From Omnitrophica WOR_2 bacterium RIFCSPHIGHO2_02_FULL_48_11 (GTDB lineage: Bacteria; Omnitrophota; Gorgyraeia; Zapsychrales; GWA2-47-8): 38,508 bases of DNA. The position numbers and the translations under genes are program-made. The stretch spans positions 40,824-79,331 of the forward strand of contig MHGP01000057.1 in assembly GCA_001805615.1 (NCBI GenBank), given 5' to 3'. Below the pieces are notes generated by a model. That model ran no database searches. It saw only the letters and a program-made list of their open reading frames with translations, and was not told the DNA's origin. Numbering within the stretch: position 1 is the first letter of the stretch; each line of letters begins with the position of its first letter. Positions 19,733-28,837 of this stretch are shown here, piece after piece.

Positions 19733-20827
19733 TTATAACCCCGCGCGGATCGCTTGCTCGATGATCTTCCCGGGGACTCCTTCCATCACCTGCACCGCAC
19801 CAATTTTCGTAGCTAAAACAAACCGATTCCTTCCTGCTATAAACTTTTTATCATGCTGCATGTGTTTTAAAATACCGGAAAGATTGATCATTTTTGTGTG
19901 TGAAGGATTCTTCTCCAAAAGGCCGAAGTCGGTCAACACCCGGCGCAAAGCTGTAAAATCTTTTTTATGCAATAAGCCCATGCGCTGAGAAACTTCAGCA
20001 GCGACCACCATTCCCCAGGCCACGGCTTCTCCATGAAAAAAACGGTATCCGCTGGCTGCCTCCAAAGCATGCCCGGCCGTATGCCCAAAATTAAGAATGG
20101 TCCGAATTCCTTTGGTCTCTTTTTCATCCGCCTTGACGACCTCCGCCTTGATCTGGCTGCAACGCACCACAACTTTTGTTAACGCGACAGATTTGCGGGA
20201 CAAAAGTTGGGCAGAATTCCTCCCGACATAATTAAATAATTTTCGATCGCGGATAACACCGTACTTGATGATCTCAGCGAAGCCATTACGGTACGCGCGG
20301 TCCGGCAGAGTCTTAAGGGTTCCCACATCGCTCCAAACGATCTTGGGTTGATAAATCACACCCACCAAATTCTTCCCCACCGGAAGATCGACCGCGGTTT
20401 TTCCGCCGATCGCCGAGTCCACTTGTGCCAAAAGTGTCGTGGGCACCTGCACATAGGGAATAGCCCGTTTGTAAATCGCCGCCACAAATCCCGCCAGATC
20501 CCCCACCACGCCTCCGCCCAGCGCGATGATAAAAATGTCTTTCTGTGTGTCATAGCGGGCGATCTTTTCCAATAACTGCATGGCGACCTTGGTGGATTTA
20601 CTTTTTTCGCCATCGGGAACTTCAAAAAATTTCACCGTAAATCCATTTCGCGTCAGGCCAGCCGCCAGGGCCGGACCGTGCCAACGGCGAATGACCGGTT
20701 GGGTGATGATCACCGCGTCCCGTCCCATCTTAAGGGACTTTAACGCGGCTCCCAATTGCGGCAGTATCCCATGCCCGATAATGATTTTATAAGGATTGTC
20801 TTTAAGATTGACCAAAACAGTTTTCAT
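19733..20827 (-). CDS. aroB: 3-dehydroquinate synthase
   Basis: GGGVVGDLAGF, PTTLLAQVDSAIGGKT, LNFGHTAGHALE, HGEAV. Confidence 0.98.
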   Translation of the reverse strand: MKTVLVNLKDNPYKIIIGHGILPQLGAALKSLKMGRDAVIITQPVIRRWHGPALAAGLTRNGFTVKFFEVPDGEKSKSTKVAMQLLEKIARYDTQKDIFIIALGGGVVGDLAGFVAAIYKRAIPYVQVPTTLLAQVDSAIGGKTAVDLPVGKNLVGVIYQPKIVWSDVGTLKTLPDRAYRNGFAEIIKYGVIRDRKLFNYVGRNSAQLLSRKSVALTKVVVRCSQIKAEVVKADEKETKGIRTILNFGHTAGHALEAASGYRFFHGEAVAWGMVVAAEVSQRMGLLHKKDFTALRRVLTDFGLLEKNPSHTKMINLSGILKHMQHDKKFIAGRNRFVLATKIGAVQVMEGVPGKIIEQAIRAGL

Positions 20828-21456
20828 CAAAACTCCACCCCCAATAATCGTCCTAAAATTTGGATCACCGGCATCACGATAAGTTCAAAAGCTCCCAAAT
20901 ATAATAAAACAAAAACGATCAGAATGCCATACCGTTCTAAACGGGCGTACATCCGATCGTACGGCGCCGGCAAAAGCCCGATGACAAGCCGCGAGCCATC
21001 CAGCGGCGGGATCGGAACCATATTGAATGCCGCTAAAAGCAAATTGATAAAAACAGCTAACGTTAAAATGTCTTCACTTCCTCTAAGCACCCCCGAATGC
21101 AAAATCGCGGCAAAAAAAATAGCCAGCAGGATATTGATCGCCGGCCCGGCTAACCCCACCCAAATCACGTCGCGTTTGGGATGGCGCAGCTGGGAAAAAT
21201 TGACCGGGACAGGTTTGGCCCAACCAAAAATAAAAGTTTCATGCCCCATTAACCGCAAGGCCAAAAGCGCTCCAGGCAGTAAGATCGTTCCGACAAGATC
21301 AATATGCTTGAGAGGATTTAAACTTAACCGCCCCGCCAGCATAGCGGTGGGGTCCCCCAGACGATAAGCCATCCACCCGTGCGCATATTCATGAAGAATA
21401 ATCGCCGAAAGAACAAGCAAAGCAACTTCAAGTATTTCAATTAAGGAAATAATCAT
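20827..21456 (-). CDS. Site-2 protease (M50) family
   Basis: HEYAH, GRLSLNPLKHID, FGWAKPVP, FNMVPIPPLDG. Confidence 0.95.
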   Translation of the reverse strand: MIISLIEILEVALLVLSAIILHEYAHGWMAYRLGDPTAMLAGRLSLNPLKHIDLVGTILLPGALLALRLMGHETFIFGWAKPVPVNFSQLRHPKRDVIWVGLAGPAINILLAIFFAAILHSGVLRGSEDILTLAVFINLLLAAFNMVPIPPLDGSRLVIGLLPAPYDRMYARLERYGILIVFVLLYLGAFELIVMPVIQILGRLLGVEF

Positions 21457-22009
21457 TCATCCCCGCAGTCAAAAAAAACGGCTTGTGCGCTAATATTGAG
21501 GCAAGGATATGTGGGAATCGGACGGCAGCTTGAGAAGGGATCTCTTTGGATTTGAAGGCTAAAAATTCAACGGCAACCCAGCCATAACAGCCTTCCATCG
21601 GTTCAATCTTATACCAACCCTGCGCTGTCTCAAAGACACGCACCTTGGTTCCTTTAGACAATTGCCCAAGACTGGTAAAATTGACTCCTGCGCCAGCGCG
21701 AACATTCACCCGCTGGGAGACGACCTCACCGATATTGTCGCCAAGCATTTGCAGATAATCGTTACGGATATAACTTAAGGCATTGGCAGGAAGTTTGATT
21801 TTATACCAGTCATAACTTCTCCCGACAACCACGACCGCCGCACCTTTAGCCAAGCGGCCCAGCGACTCAAAACTTTTATTTTGTCCGGCGCGGATATGCA
21901 CCTTGTCGGTCATGACTTCGGCAAGAAAAGGAAACTGCTCTTTGGCAGCCATGGCCGTGCCAGAGAAGAAAAAAAGAAAACACCATAGCCCAACAATTGA
22001 TCGTTTCAC
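21437..22009 (-). CDS. Secreted protein with two bacterial SH3 domains
   Basis: Signal peptide; VHIRAG...WYKI and VNVRAG...WYKI...GWV repeats. Confidence 0.85.
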   Translation of the reverse strand: MKRSIVGLWCFLFFFSGTAMAAKEQFPFLAEVMTDKVHIRAGQNKSFESLGRLAKGAAVVVVGRSYDWYKIKLPANALSYIRNDYLQMLGDNIGEVVSQRVNVRAGAGVNFTSLGQLSKGTKVRVFETAQGWYKIEPMEGCYGWVAVEFLAFKSKEIPSQAAVRFPHILASILAHKPFFLTAGMNDYFLN

Positions 22010-22029
22010 TGGTTGAGTGATATGAGGAA

Positions 22030-22377
22030 TTATTTTGCGGCCTTGGCTCCGGCAGCTGGCTTCGCAGCAGCTTTCGCATCAGCAGCCTTAGCAGGGGCAG
22101 CCTTCGCTCCGGCTGGGGCAGCTTTCGCTCCAGCAGAGGCAGCTTTTGCATCAGCGGCTGGGGCACCGGCACCGGCGGCAGCATCTGCGGCTTCGTCTTT
22201 AACCTTGATTTTTTTAGATTTGATATGAACGATCTTTGTCTTGGGAAGACCTGTGACGTCATGATTATCCGCCCAGAGATCCTTTTTCATGAGATCTTTA
22301 ATCCGCTCAATGCGCGTTAAAACCGTTCTTTGCTGAGCTCCCGCAAGACCGACCTTAAGAGATGAATGAATTGACAT
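22030..22377 (-). CDS. PVC-signature small basic protein with Ala/Lys/Pro-rich tail
   Basis: MSIHSSL...RTVLTRIERIKDL...W...VTGLPK pattern typical of the Chlamydiae/Verrucomicrobia/Planctomycetes small basic protein; AAGGAG RBS. Confidence 0.88.
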   Translation of the reverse strand: MSIHSSLKVGLAGAQQRTVLTRIERIKDLMKKDLWADNHDVTGLPKTKIVHIKSKKIKVKDEAADAAAGAGAPAADAKAASAGAKAAPAGAKAAPAKAADAKAAAKPAAGAKAAK

Positions 22378-22440
22378 ACCTGACTCCTTACTTTCCTCGA
22401 GGCTGTAAAATTTCTTGGCAAGAACCGCCGGACAATAAAA

Positions 22441-23073
22441 TTATAAACTGCGAATGACGCAATCCTTATACTGCCGTTTCAGCTTGCTTGACAATACTTT
22501 GGCCTCATCTTTTTGATTAAACCGTCCCACCCCGACAATAAAATGATTGCCCTTCTGCAGGACAAAAATTTCATACCCTTTATTCTTAAGATTATTTGCT
22601 TCCTGGTGGGCATACCTGGCTTGTTTGAAAGAAGCAACTTGTACAGTATACACGCCCTTTGCGTTTTCGGCAACTGTTTCGACGACCGGAGGCCGCACGG
22701 CTAAAGCAGTGGTGCCAGCCAGGTCCACAGGTTGTACTTGGACAGCCGATGGCGGCAACGGGGCATTATTTTGGGCCGGCGTAAGCGGTACGGCCTTGGC
22801 AGACATATTTTTATTGACCGCCGGAGTGACCGCAGCTGCCGGGAGCCGTTGCCGCGCTGCCGCGACCTTAGCAACGGTGATCCGCGTGCCCCGATTGACC
22901 CCCAAAGAAAAAGACAGGACCATCAGCATCACGACAACGATGCTCAAAACGACGATCGTATCAAAATTCAGCGTTAAACTATTAAAATAAAATCGGGTTT
23001 TTGCTGTCCGCGGATAACTGTCGGCTGTTCCCGGGAAAAGTTCAAATTGAGATTCACGATATTCAATAGACAT
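22441..23073 (-). CDS. SPOR domain membrane protein
   Basis: One TM, low-complexity linker, YTVQVASF...VGVGRF...A. Confidence 0.9.
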   Translation of the reverse strand: MSIEYRESQFELFPGTADSYPRTAKTRFYFNSLTLNFDTIVVLSIVVVMLMVLSFSLGVNRGTRITVAKVAAARQRLPAAAVTPAVNKNMSAKAVPLTPAQNNAPLPPSAVQVQPVDLAGTTALAVRPPVVETVAENAKGVYTVQVASFKQARYAHQEANNLKNKGYEIFVLQKGNHFIVGVGRFNQKDEAKVLSSKLKRQYKDCVIRSL

Positions 23074-23088
23074 AACGGTATTATAGGC

Positions 23089-24168
23089 TTACCTTTTCAT
23101 GGAACTCAAGTATTTTCTAAAGATTTTTTGCTTGGCAAGCTCACAGAATGTCTCGACGACCGTCGGGTCGAATTGCGTTCCGCTGTTGCGCCGCAATTCA
23201 TTGATGGCATCCTGGATCGACAAGCCATCCTTATACGGCCGGCCGATCGTCATGGCTTCAAAGGCATCCACGACCGCCATGATCCGCGCGCCCAGGGGGA
23301 TCTGTTCGCGCTTCAAGCCCGAAGGATAACCGGTGCCGTCGTACTTTTCATGATGATACAAAACAATCGGCAACACCGGCTTTAAAAAGGCCACCGGCTT
23401 GATGAGTTCAACGCTTTTGGCGGGATGATTACGGATCACCTTAAATTCCTCCGGCGTCAATTGACTGCGCTTGGAAAGAATTTCATAGGGGACATCGATC
23501 GCCCCGGCATCGTGGAGGATGCTGGCATAATGCAGGCAACTGATCCCATACTGATTCATATGCAATTTTTCCGCCAAGGATTTAACGATTTTAAAATACA
23601 CAGGCGCATGGAGCGAGGCCAGTTGATTCTGCCGGGCCATCAACTTGCCGATAAACTTGATGCTGCCGAGAACCATTTTCTGCTGATCCTCATAAAGCTG
23701 CAGATTTTTAATGGCCGTGACGGACTGCTCGGCGATCACCGCGAGGATGTTTTGATCAAATTCCGTGAAGGCCCGCTCTCCCTTTTTTCGACGGACAAAA
23801 ATAGCCCCCAAGAAATCATCCGCGACCAAAGGCAGCCCGATGAGATGTTTTTCAAAAATCGTTTTTCCGCGGGCCACCCCGTTTTCTTTCTCCGGGATGT
23901 TGCTGATATCTTTTTTCTTATCAAGAAAGATGTTGATCTTATTGTTATAGACCGCCACCGCCACGACCCGCTTCTTTTCCGGATCGAGAATATATATGCT
24001 TGAAGAACTCGCCTTGATAAATTGGCAGAGCAGCCGGGTCAGCCGCAGCGACAACTCTTTGACATTGTAGGTCGAATTCACCAGCCGGTAAACCATGTGC
24101 ACCGCGGAGAGGACCATCTGGTACTTATTATGCTGATGAAATGTTTGTCTGACGCTTAACCCGTTCAT
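23089..24168 (-). CDS. GAF + HD-GYP domain protein
   Basis: GAF-like LPLV...LGAIFV...FTEFDQNIL; LHDAG, HHEKYDGTGYPSGL, IPLGARIMAVVD. Start moved to ATG 24168 to avoid overlap with the dGTPase. Confidence 0.9.
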   Translation of the reverse strand: MNGLSVRQTFHQHNKYQMVLSAVHMVYRLVNSTYNVKELSLRLTRLLCQFIKASSSSIYILDPEKKRVVAVAVYNNKINIFLDKKKDISNIPEKENGVARGKTIFEKHLIGLPLVADDFLGAIFVRRKKGERAFTEFDQNILAVIAEQSVTAIKNLQLYEDQQKMVLGSIKFIGKLMARQNQLASLHAPVYFKIVKSLAEKLHMNQYGISCLHYASILHDAGAIDVPYEILSKRSQLTPEEFKVIRNHPAKSVELIKPVAFLKPVLPIVLYHHEKYDGTGYPSGLKREQIPLGARIMAVVDAFEAMTIGRPYKDGLSIQDAINELRRNSGTQFDPTVVETFCELAKQKIFRKYLSSMKR

Positions 24169-24187
24169 ACGTTCAATACCCTTGGCT

Positions 24188-25354
24188 CTACACTTTTTCG
24201 TAAGGATCAAAGAATCGTTTATGTTCATCCAGCGCATGCCGGTCCGTCATGGAAGCGATATAGTTGCAGATAATTTCATACTCGGCTTTTTGATCATACT
24301 TTTGGTCGCGGTGATAGACCGAATACGGCAGCTGATGCGGATTCTTTTTGTACACCCTAAAAAGATCTTCAATGATCCGCTTGGCCTTGGATGTCATCCG
24401 TTCGACGCGATAATGGTGATAAAATTTCTTATTCAACAAATCCTGCAGATACTGCCGCTGCCGCCCCATCTCGGGACTGAAATCGACATAGACCTTGTTC
24501 TTTTTTCTTACCTCTTCGGCGGATTTAAAATCAGCCGCAGTGATGCGTTCATCCGAAGACGATAACAGATCCTTCACCTGCATGTCGATGAGTTCTTTGA
24601 CAATTTGATACTTTAACATTTCTTTTTCTTTGGAATGAATTACGCATTTGACCCGGGTGAGCGCCGTTTGCCACAACTCGCTGTCGATGAGATCGTCCTC
24701 GGTGATACAGCCGGAGGTGAGTCCGTCGTCCACATCATGATTGAGATAGGCCAAAGAATCAGCGACATCCACCACTTGGGCCTCAAGGGTGAGGTTCTCC
24801 TTGGCAAATTTGTCCGACACGCCGGGGATATCATAAGATGTTTTGTGTTTCAGAATACCGATCAGGACTTCCTGGGAGAGATTGAGACCGCTGAACTCGG
24901 GATAACGTTTTTCAAACTTCGTGACGATTTCAAAGCTGCGTTTATTGTGATTAAAACCCGGCAACCTTGCTTCCTGCATAATGATATTGAGCGCTTCTTC
25001 CCCGGCATGGCCGAAGGGCGGATGCCCCAGATCATGCGCCAAGGCGATCGCTTCGATCAAATCTTCATTGAGCTGCAGACTGCGGCCGATGGTCCTGGCG
25101 ATCTGGGCGACTTCGATGGTGTGCGTCAGGCGTGTTCGGTAATAATCCCCTTCAAAAATGATAAAAACCTGGGTTTTGTATTCGAGCTTGCGAAAGGCTT
25201 CGGAATGGACAATGCGGTCGCGGTCGCGCTGATAGCACGTACGCACCTCGTGGAGGGGTTCTTCGTATTCTCGCCCCGCAGAATTCCGGCTCTTCATGGC
25301 GTAGGGGGCTAAAAATTTTTCTTCTAATGCCTCGATGTCTGTCCGTTTACGCAT
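24188..25354 (-). CDS. dgt: Deoxyguanosinetriphosphate triphosphohydrolase-like HD protein
   Basis: QRDRDRIVHSEAFRKLEYKTQVF, RTRLTHT, HDLGHPPFGHAGE, YIASMTD. Confidence 0.95.
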   Translation of the reverse strand: MRKRTDIEALEEKFLAPYAMKSRNSAGREYEEPLHEVRTCYQRDRDRIVHSEAFRKLEYKTQVFIIFEGDYYRTRLTHTIEVAQIARTIGRSLQLNEDLIEAIALAHDLGHPPFGHAGEEALNIIMQEARLPGFNHNKRSFEIVTKFEKRYPEFSGLNLSQEVLIGILKHKTSYDIPGVSDKFAKENLTLEAQVVDVADSLAYLNHDVDDGLTSGCITEDDLIDSELWQTALTRVKCVIHSKEKEMLKYQIVKELIDMQVKDLLSSSDERITAADFKSAEEVRKKNKVYVDFSPEMGRQRQYLQDLLNKKFYHHYRVERMTSKAKRIIEDLFRVYKKNPHQLPYSVYHRDQKYDQKAEYEIICNYIASMTDRHALDEHKRFFDPYEKV

Positions 25355-25367
25355 GGATCATCAGCTT

Positions 25368-25859
25368 TCAGACCTTTTTCTTCTGGACGCGCAGGAGCCG
25401 TTCATATAATGTTCTTAAAGATTGCGAAATCACTTTTATATCCGCCGTGACCGGCATAAAATTCACATCCCCGGGCCAGCGCGGGACGATATGGATATGC
25501 ACATGTCCCGGGAAACCGGCTCCCGCCACCCGCCCCAGATTAATGCCGATGTTATAACCTTTCGGACCAAGGACTTTCTGCAGCAATTTTTTGCAGGCCG
25601 TCATCAGGTTCATCAGGTCCACCAATTCTTTTTCCTGCAGCTTATCCAGATCGTCCACGTGCCGAAACGGCATCACCAGGACATGGCCGTTGTTGTAGGG
25701 ATAAATATTCAAGACCGCAAAAGAATATTTTGTCCGCATAAAAATAAAATTCTTTTTATCTTTACGCTCCTTGATGATCCTGCAAAAGACACATTTCTTC
25801 GTCTTGCCGATCAATTGTGTCACGTAGGTCTGCCGCCAGGGGGCCCAAAGTTTATCCAT
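25368..25859 (-). CDS. HIT family hydrolase (Fhit/Ap4A phosphorylase-like)
   Basis: LWAPWR, CVFC, NIYPYNNGH, AGAG, HVHIHIVPRW. Confidence 0.95.
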   Translation of the reverse strand: MDKLWAPWRQTYVTQLIGKTKKCVFCRIIKERKDKKNFIFMRTKYSFAVLNIYPYNNGHVLVMPFRHVDDLDKLQEKELVDLMNLMTACKKLLQKVLGPKGYNIGINLGRVAGAGFPGHVHIHIVPRWPGDVNFMPVTADIKVISQSLRTLYERLLRVQKKKV

Positions 25860-25861
25860 TC

Positions 25862-26341
25862 TTATTTCACCTTGATAATTCTCGCATCGATCTGGCCGTT
25901 AGCGATCTCCAGGATGCCGTACGAACAATACGGAGCAATCACCACATCGTTGGGACTGCCGGGATTAAAATATAAAGTCTTTTTGATACATTCGTTAAAA
26001 GGCTGGTGGGAATGCCCGAAAATGACCGCGTCCACCTTATCGCGCTTAAATTCTTCTTCCACCACGCTCAAAATCTTTTGCGCCGGCCCCTCCCCGTGAA
26101 AGAGACCGATCCGCACTGTGCCGTATTCTAAAATTTGCCGCCGCGGGAAGAGCTTACAGATCTCCGGGTAATCCATGTTGCCCTGGACCGCCTGCACGTC
26201 TTTAATCTTTGCTAAAGTTTTATATTCTTTGAGCGAACAAAAATCACCCGCATGAATGATCAGGTCAACCTTCTCAAAATCTTTGAGCATCTGCCCCGGC
26301 AATTCCCGGGAATGGGTATCAGAGACCACGCCTATTTTCAT
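25862..26341 (-). CDS. YfcE/MJ0936-family metallophosphoesterase
   Basis: SDTH, HAGD, GNMD, FHG, GHSH, NPGS. Confidence 0.95.
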   Translation of the reverse strand: MKIGVVSDTHSRELPGQMLKDFEKVDLIIHAGDFCSLKEYKTLAKIKDVQAVQGNMDYPEICKLFPRRQILEYGTVRIGLFHGEGPAQKILSVVEEEFKRDKVDAVIFGHSHQPFNECIKKTLYFNPGSPNDVVIAPYCSYGILEIANGQIDARIIKVK

Positions 26342-28050
26342 TGCGCTATCTGTTCGATATTCTGCGGATCGGCAGGCGGCGGCTCAACCACGATTGGCTC
26401 AGGATCCCCGCCCAAAAGGATGTACGGCTGATCATAAAAGTTGAGCAGCGTATTTAACTCATGCTCATTCCAGACCCACATCCGCTCCTGCAACGCCTTG
26501 AGCTTGGCATTCTCTTCAATGTCCGCCAGCGAAATAATGATATGCCCTAAGGTTTTCGTTCCCTTCTTTTTGGATTCCGTCAGGACTGCCGAGACATCCC
26601 CTTCACAAAGACTGTCTTTCTTGAGGATAATGAACCATGACCCTTCTTCTGTGGACGCATCCAGGACATCAAAAAAACACGGCTGCGGCATCTTCAACTT
26701 AGCCGGCAAAATTTTCTTGAAGGTCGGCAACCTGTACCGGCGGCCGTTCATATTGAGCGCTTCGTTTTCAAAGCGGCGCAAAAGTTCCGTGATCCGCAGC
26801 GAGAGATCTTTTTGTGAGGCCAGCTTAAAATCATCCACTGCCCGATGCAACTCAAGCAAGAACGCTTCGCGCTGTTTCTCAAGAGAGACATCAACGGCTT
26901 TTAACTGCTTTTGGAGAACATATTTGAGCCAATACTTAAAAAGTTTATCTTTAATATAAAAGAACGTTCCGTTCTTAACCACGACGCCCTCTTCGACCAA
27001 ACGCGCCAATCGCTGCGAGACAAAACTCTGTTTCAATCCCAATGCCCGGCTGACATCCTGCAATTTTTGACGGCCGCTGGTCAACGCGATCAAGATGGGA
27101 GGGATGGCTCCCCCGCTTCCTTTGACGGAACACAACTGGTCCACTGTCAATTCAAAATGCCGGCTCAATACGCCCCAGGGATTAAAGATCGCGTTCTCAA
27201 CCGCCGAGGCCAAAAGCGGCACATAAATTTCATTCTGATTATGGATCGCGCAAAGATAACGCAACTCTTGAAGGATCAAATTTAAATACAGCGGGTGCCC
27301 GCCGGTAAAATCAATGAGAAAATTCTGCAGCGAGTTCCCCATTTTGATCTTTTCGAGACGCTGCTGAATAAAATCCTGGCTCGTTTTTAAATCGAAGGGC
27401 TCCACGACAATGGTCTCAAAATTCCCGAAAAGCAGCGACAATTTCTCGGACAGAATTTTCTTCGCCTGCTCCAAAGAAGAACTGGTGACAATGTAGAGGC
27501 ACCGCTTTTGGGTCATGATATTTTTTCCCAATTCCTGAAAAACGTGCGGCAGCGCCAACTGTTCCAAACTCTGGAATTCGTCCAGGATCACCACGCAAAA
27601 TTTATTTGTTTCGGCGGTGAAAACTTCCGACAGATTGATCAAGGCGCGGTAAGCCTCGAGGGATCTGCCGTGCGCCATGTCCGCCTGTATTTTGGCAATA
27701 GCCTTGGCGGTCTGCGGGATAAATTTCTTGGTGCTCTCAATCAGCAATTGCACATCTTCGTGAAGAGTAAAGTTCTGTGATTTGGAATAATGATGCAGCA
27801 GCCCACCGACATATTTCATAACAACATAGGAAAGGTCCTTAAAATTGAGGTCGAGGTAGATGGGGATGATATCTTTATCATCCAGATCAGCGAGAAATTT
27901 TTGCAGGATGCTGCTTTTGCCGACATACCGGTCCCCCAAAAGGGCGATATTCTGACGGTAACCTTCTTTGAGGCCCAGCAACCGTTTCTTTAAAACATCA
28001 AAGATAGGACGTCGGCCAAAGAAATTTTCTTCAAAACTTAAACGGCTCAT
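26338..28050 (-). CDS. Archaeal-type (STAND-like) P-loop ATPase with winged helix and degenerate nuclease-like C-terminus
   Basis: FFGR, Walker A GDRYVGKS, Walker B VVILDEFQ, TGGHPLYL, HTH-like LQDVSRALGLKQSFVSQRLARLVEEG, DKLFKYW. Confidence 0.85.
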   Translation of the reverse strand: MSRLSFEENFFGRRPIFDVLKKRLLGLKEGYRQNIALLGDRYVGKSSILQKFLADLDDKDIIPIYLDLNFKDLSYVVMKYVGGLLHHYSKSQNFTLHEDVQLLIESTKKFIPQTAKAIAKIQADMAHGRSLEAYRALINLSEVFTAETNKFCVVILDEFQSLEQLALPHVFQELGKNIMTQKRCLYIVTSSSLEQAKKILSEKLSLLFGNFETIVVEPFDLKTSQDFIQQRLEKIKMGNSLQNFLIDFTGGHPLYLNLILQELRYLCAIHNQNEIYVPLLASAVENAIFNPWGVLSRHFELTVDQLCSVKGSGGAIPPILIALTSGRQKLQDVSRALGLKQSFVSQRLARLVEEGVVVKNGTFFYIKDKLFKYWLKYVLQKQLKAVDVSLEKQREAFLLELHRAVDDFKLASQKDLSLRITELLRRFENEALNMNGRRYRLPTFKKILPAKLKMPQPCFFDVLDASTEEGSWFIILKKDSLCEGDVSAVLTESKKKGTKTLGHIIISLADIEENAKLKALQERMWVWNEHELNTLLNFYDQPYILLGGDPEPIVVEPPPADPQNIEQIAQ

Positions 28051-28066
28051 GAATAAAATCCTAACA

Positions 28067-28735
28067 TCAAGGCAAATAATACAACGGATTATCCGCTAAC
28101 GAATGTTTACGTATCTCAAAATGCAGGGCGGTTAAATTTTCCCTTTTCCCCACCTGGGCAATCGGGGCGCCCTTCAAAACGAAATCTCCTACCTTGGCCA
28201 ACAGGGCGGCATTGTTCGCATACACCGAATAATAACCGTCTTGATGATCGATAATAACCGTATAGCCATAACCGCTTAAATGATCGGCAAAAACGACCCG
28301 CCCCTCGCGGGAGGCCCGGACATTTTCCCCCAAATTCGCCTGGATCCCGATCCCTTTGTTCGATTCCAAACCGCGTCGCTCGCCAAAATACGAGATCACT
28401 TTCCCTTTGAGCGGCCAGGCAAACTCACTTTTGTTCAAATCTTCCTGAGTGAGAAGAATTTCTTTTACCGAATCCGCTCCGGGGATAAAAAGCAGCTGAT
28501 TCTGCTCGACATTGGCGACATTAGGGATCTTGTTAATCTTGATAATATCGTCAATACTCACCCGGTAGGCCTGAGCAATGCGCCAGATCGTCTCGCCTTT
28601 CCTTACTTTATGATAAACACCTTTTCCCAACGCGGGCGCGATCGTTCTGATCGGCACAGACGGCGCCGTGGCGCATCCCGCGATGTAAACGTACAAAAAA
28701 CTCAATAGCAACCAGTAGTAAGTTCTAAATTTCAA
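28067..28735 (-). CDS. LysM + degenerate M23 lipoprotein (NlpD-like)
   Basis: Lipobox IAGC; YHKVRKGETIWRIA LysM; WPLKG, GYGYTVIIDH, LHFEIR; TTG start. Confidence 0.9.
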   Translation of the reverse strand: MKFRTYYWLLLSFLYVYIAGCATAPSVPIRTIAPALGKGVYHKVRKGETIWRIAQAYRVSIDDIIKINKIPNVANVEQNQLLFIPGADSVKEILLTQEDLNKSEFAWPLKGKVISYFGERRGLESNKGIGIQANLGENVRASREGRVVFADHLSGYGYTVIIDHQDGYYSVYANNAALLAKVGDFVLKGAPIAQVGKRENLTALHFEIRKHSLADNPLYYLP

Positions 28736-28746
28736 TTTGCAATCTT

Positions 28747-28820
28747 TGGAGCGAGGGACGGGAATCGAACCCGCGCACTCAGCTTGGGAAGCTGAAATTC
28801 TACCACTGAATTACCCTCGC
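28747..28820 (-). tRNA. tRNA-Gly (CCC)
   Basis: GCGAGGG acceptor stem, anticodon arm TCAGC-TTCCCAA-GCTGA, GGTTCGATTCC T arm, T discriminator and encoded CCA; 74 nt. Confidence 0.97.
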
Positions 28821-28837
28821 AATTTTTTACTGCTAAA

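Noticed and set aside
22412-22424. Palindrome TTCTTG-G-CAAGAA upstream of the small basic protein
   Set aside because: Only 6-bp arms, no matching -10 at proper spacing and no second copy noticed; compatible with chance.
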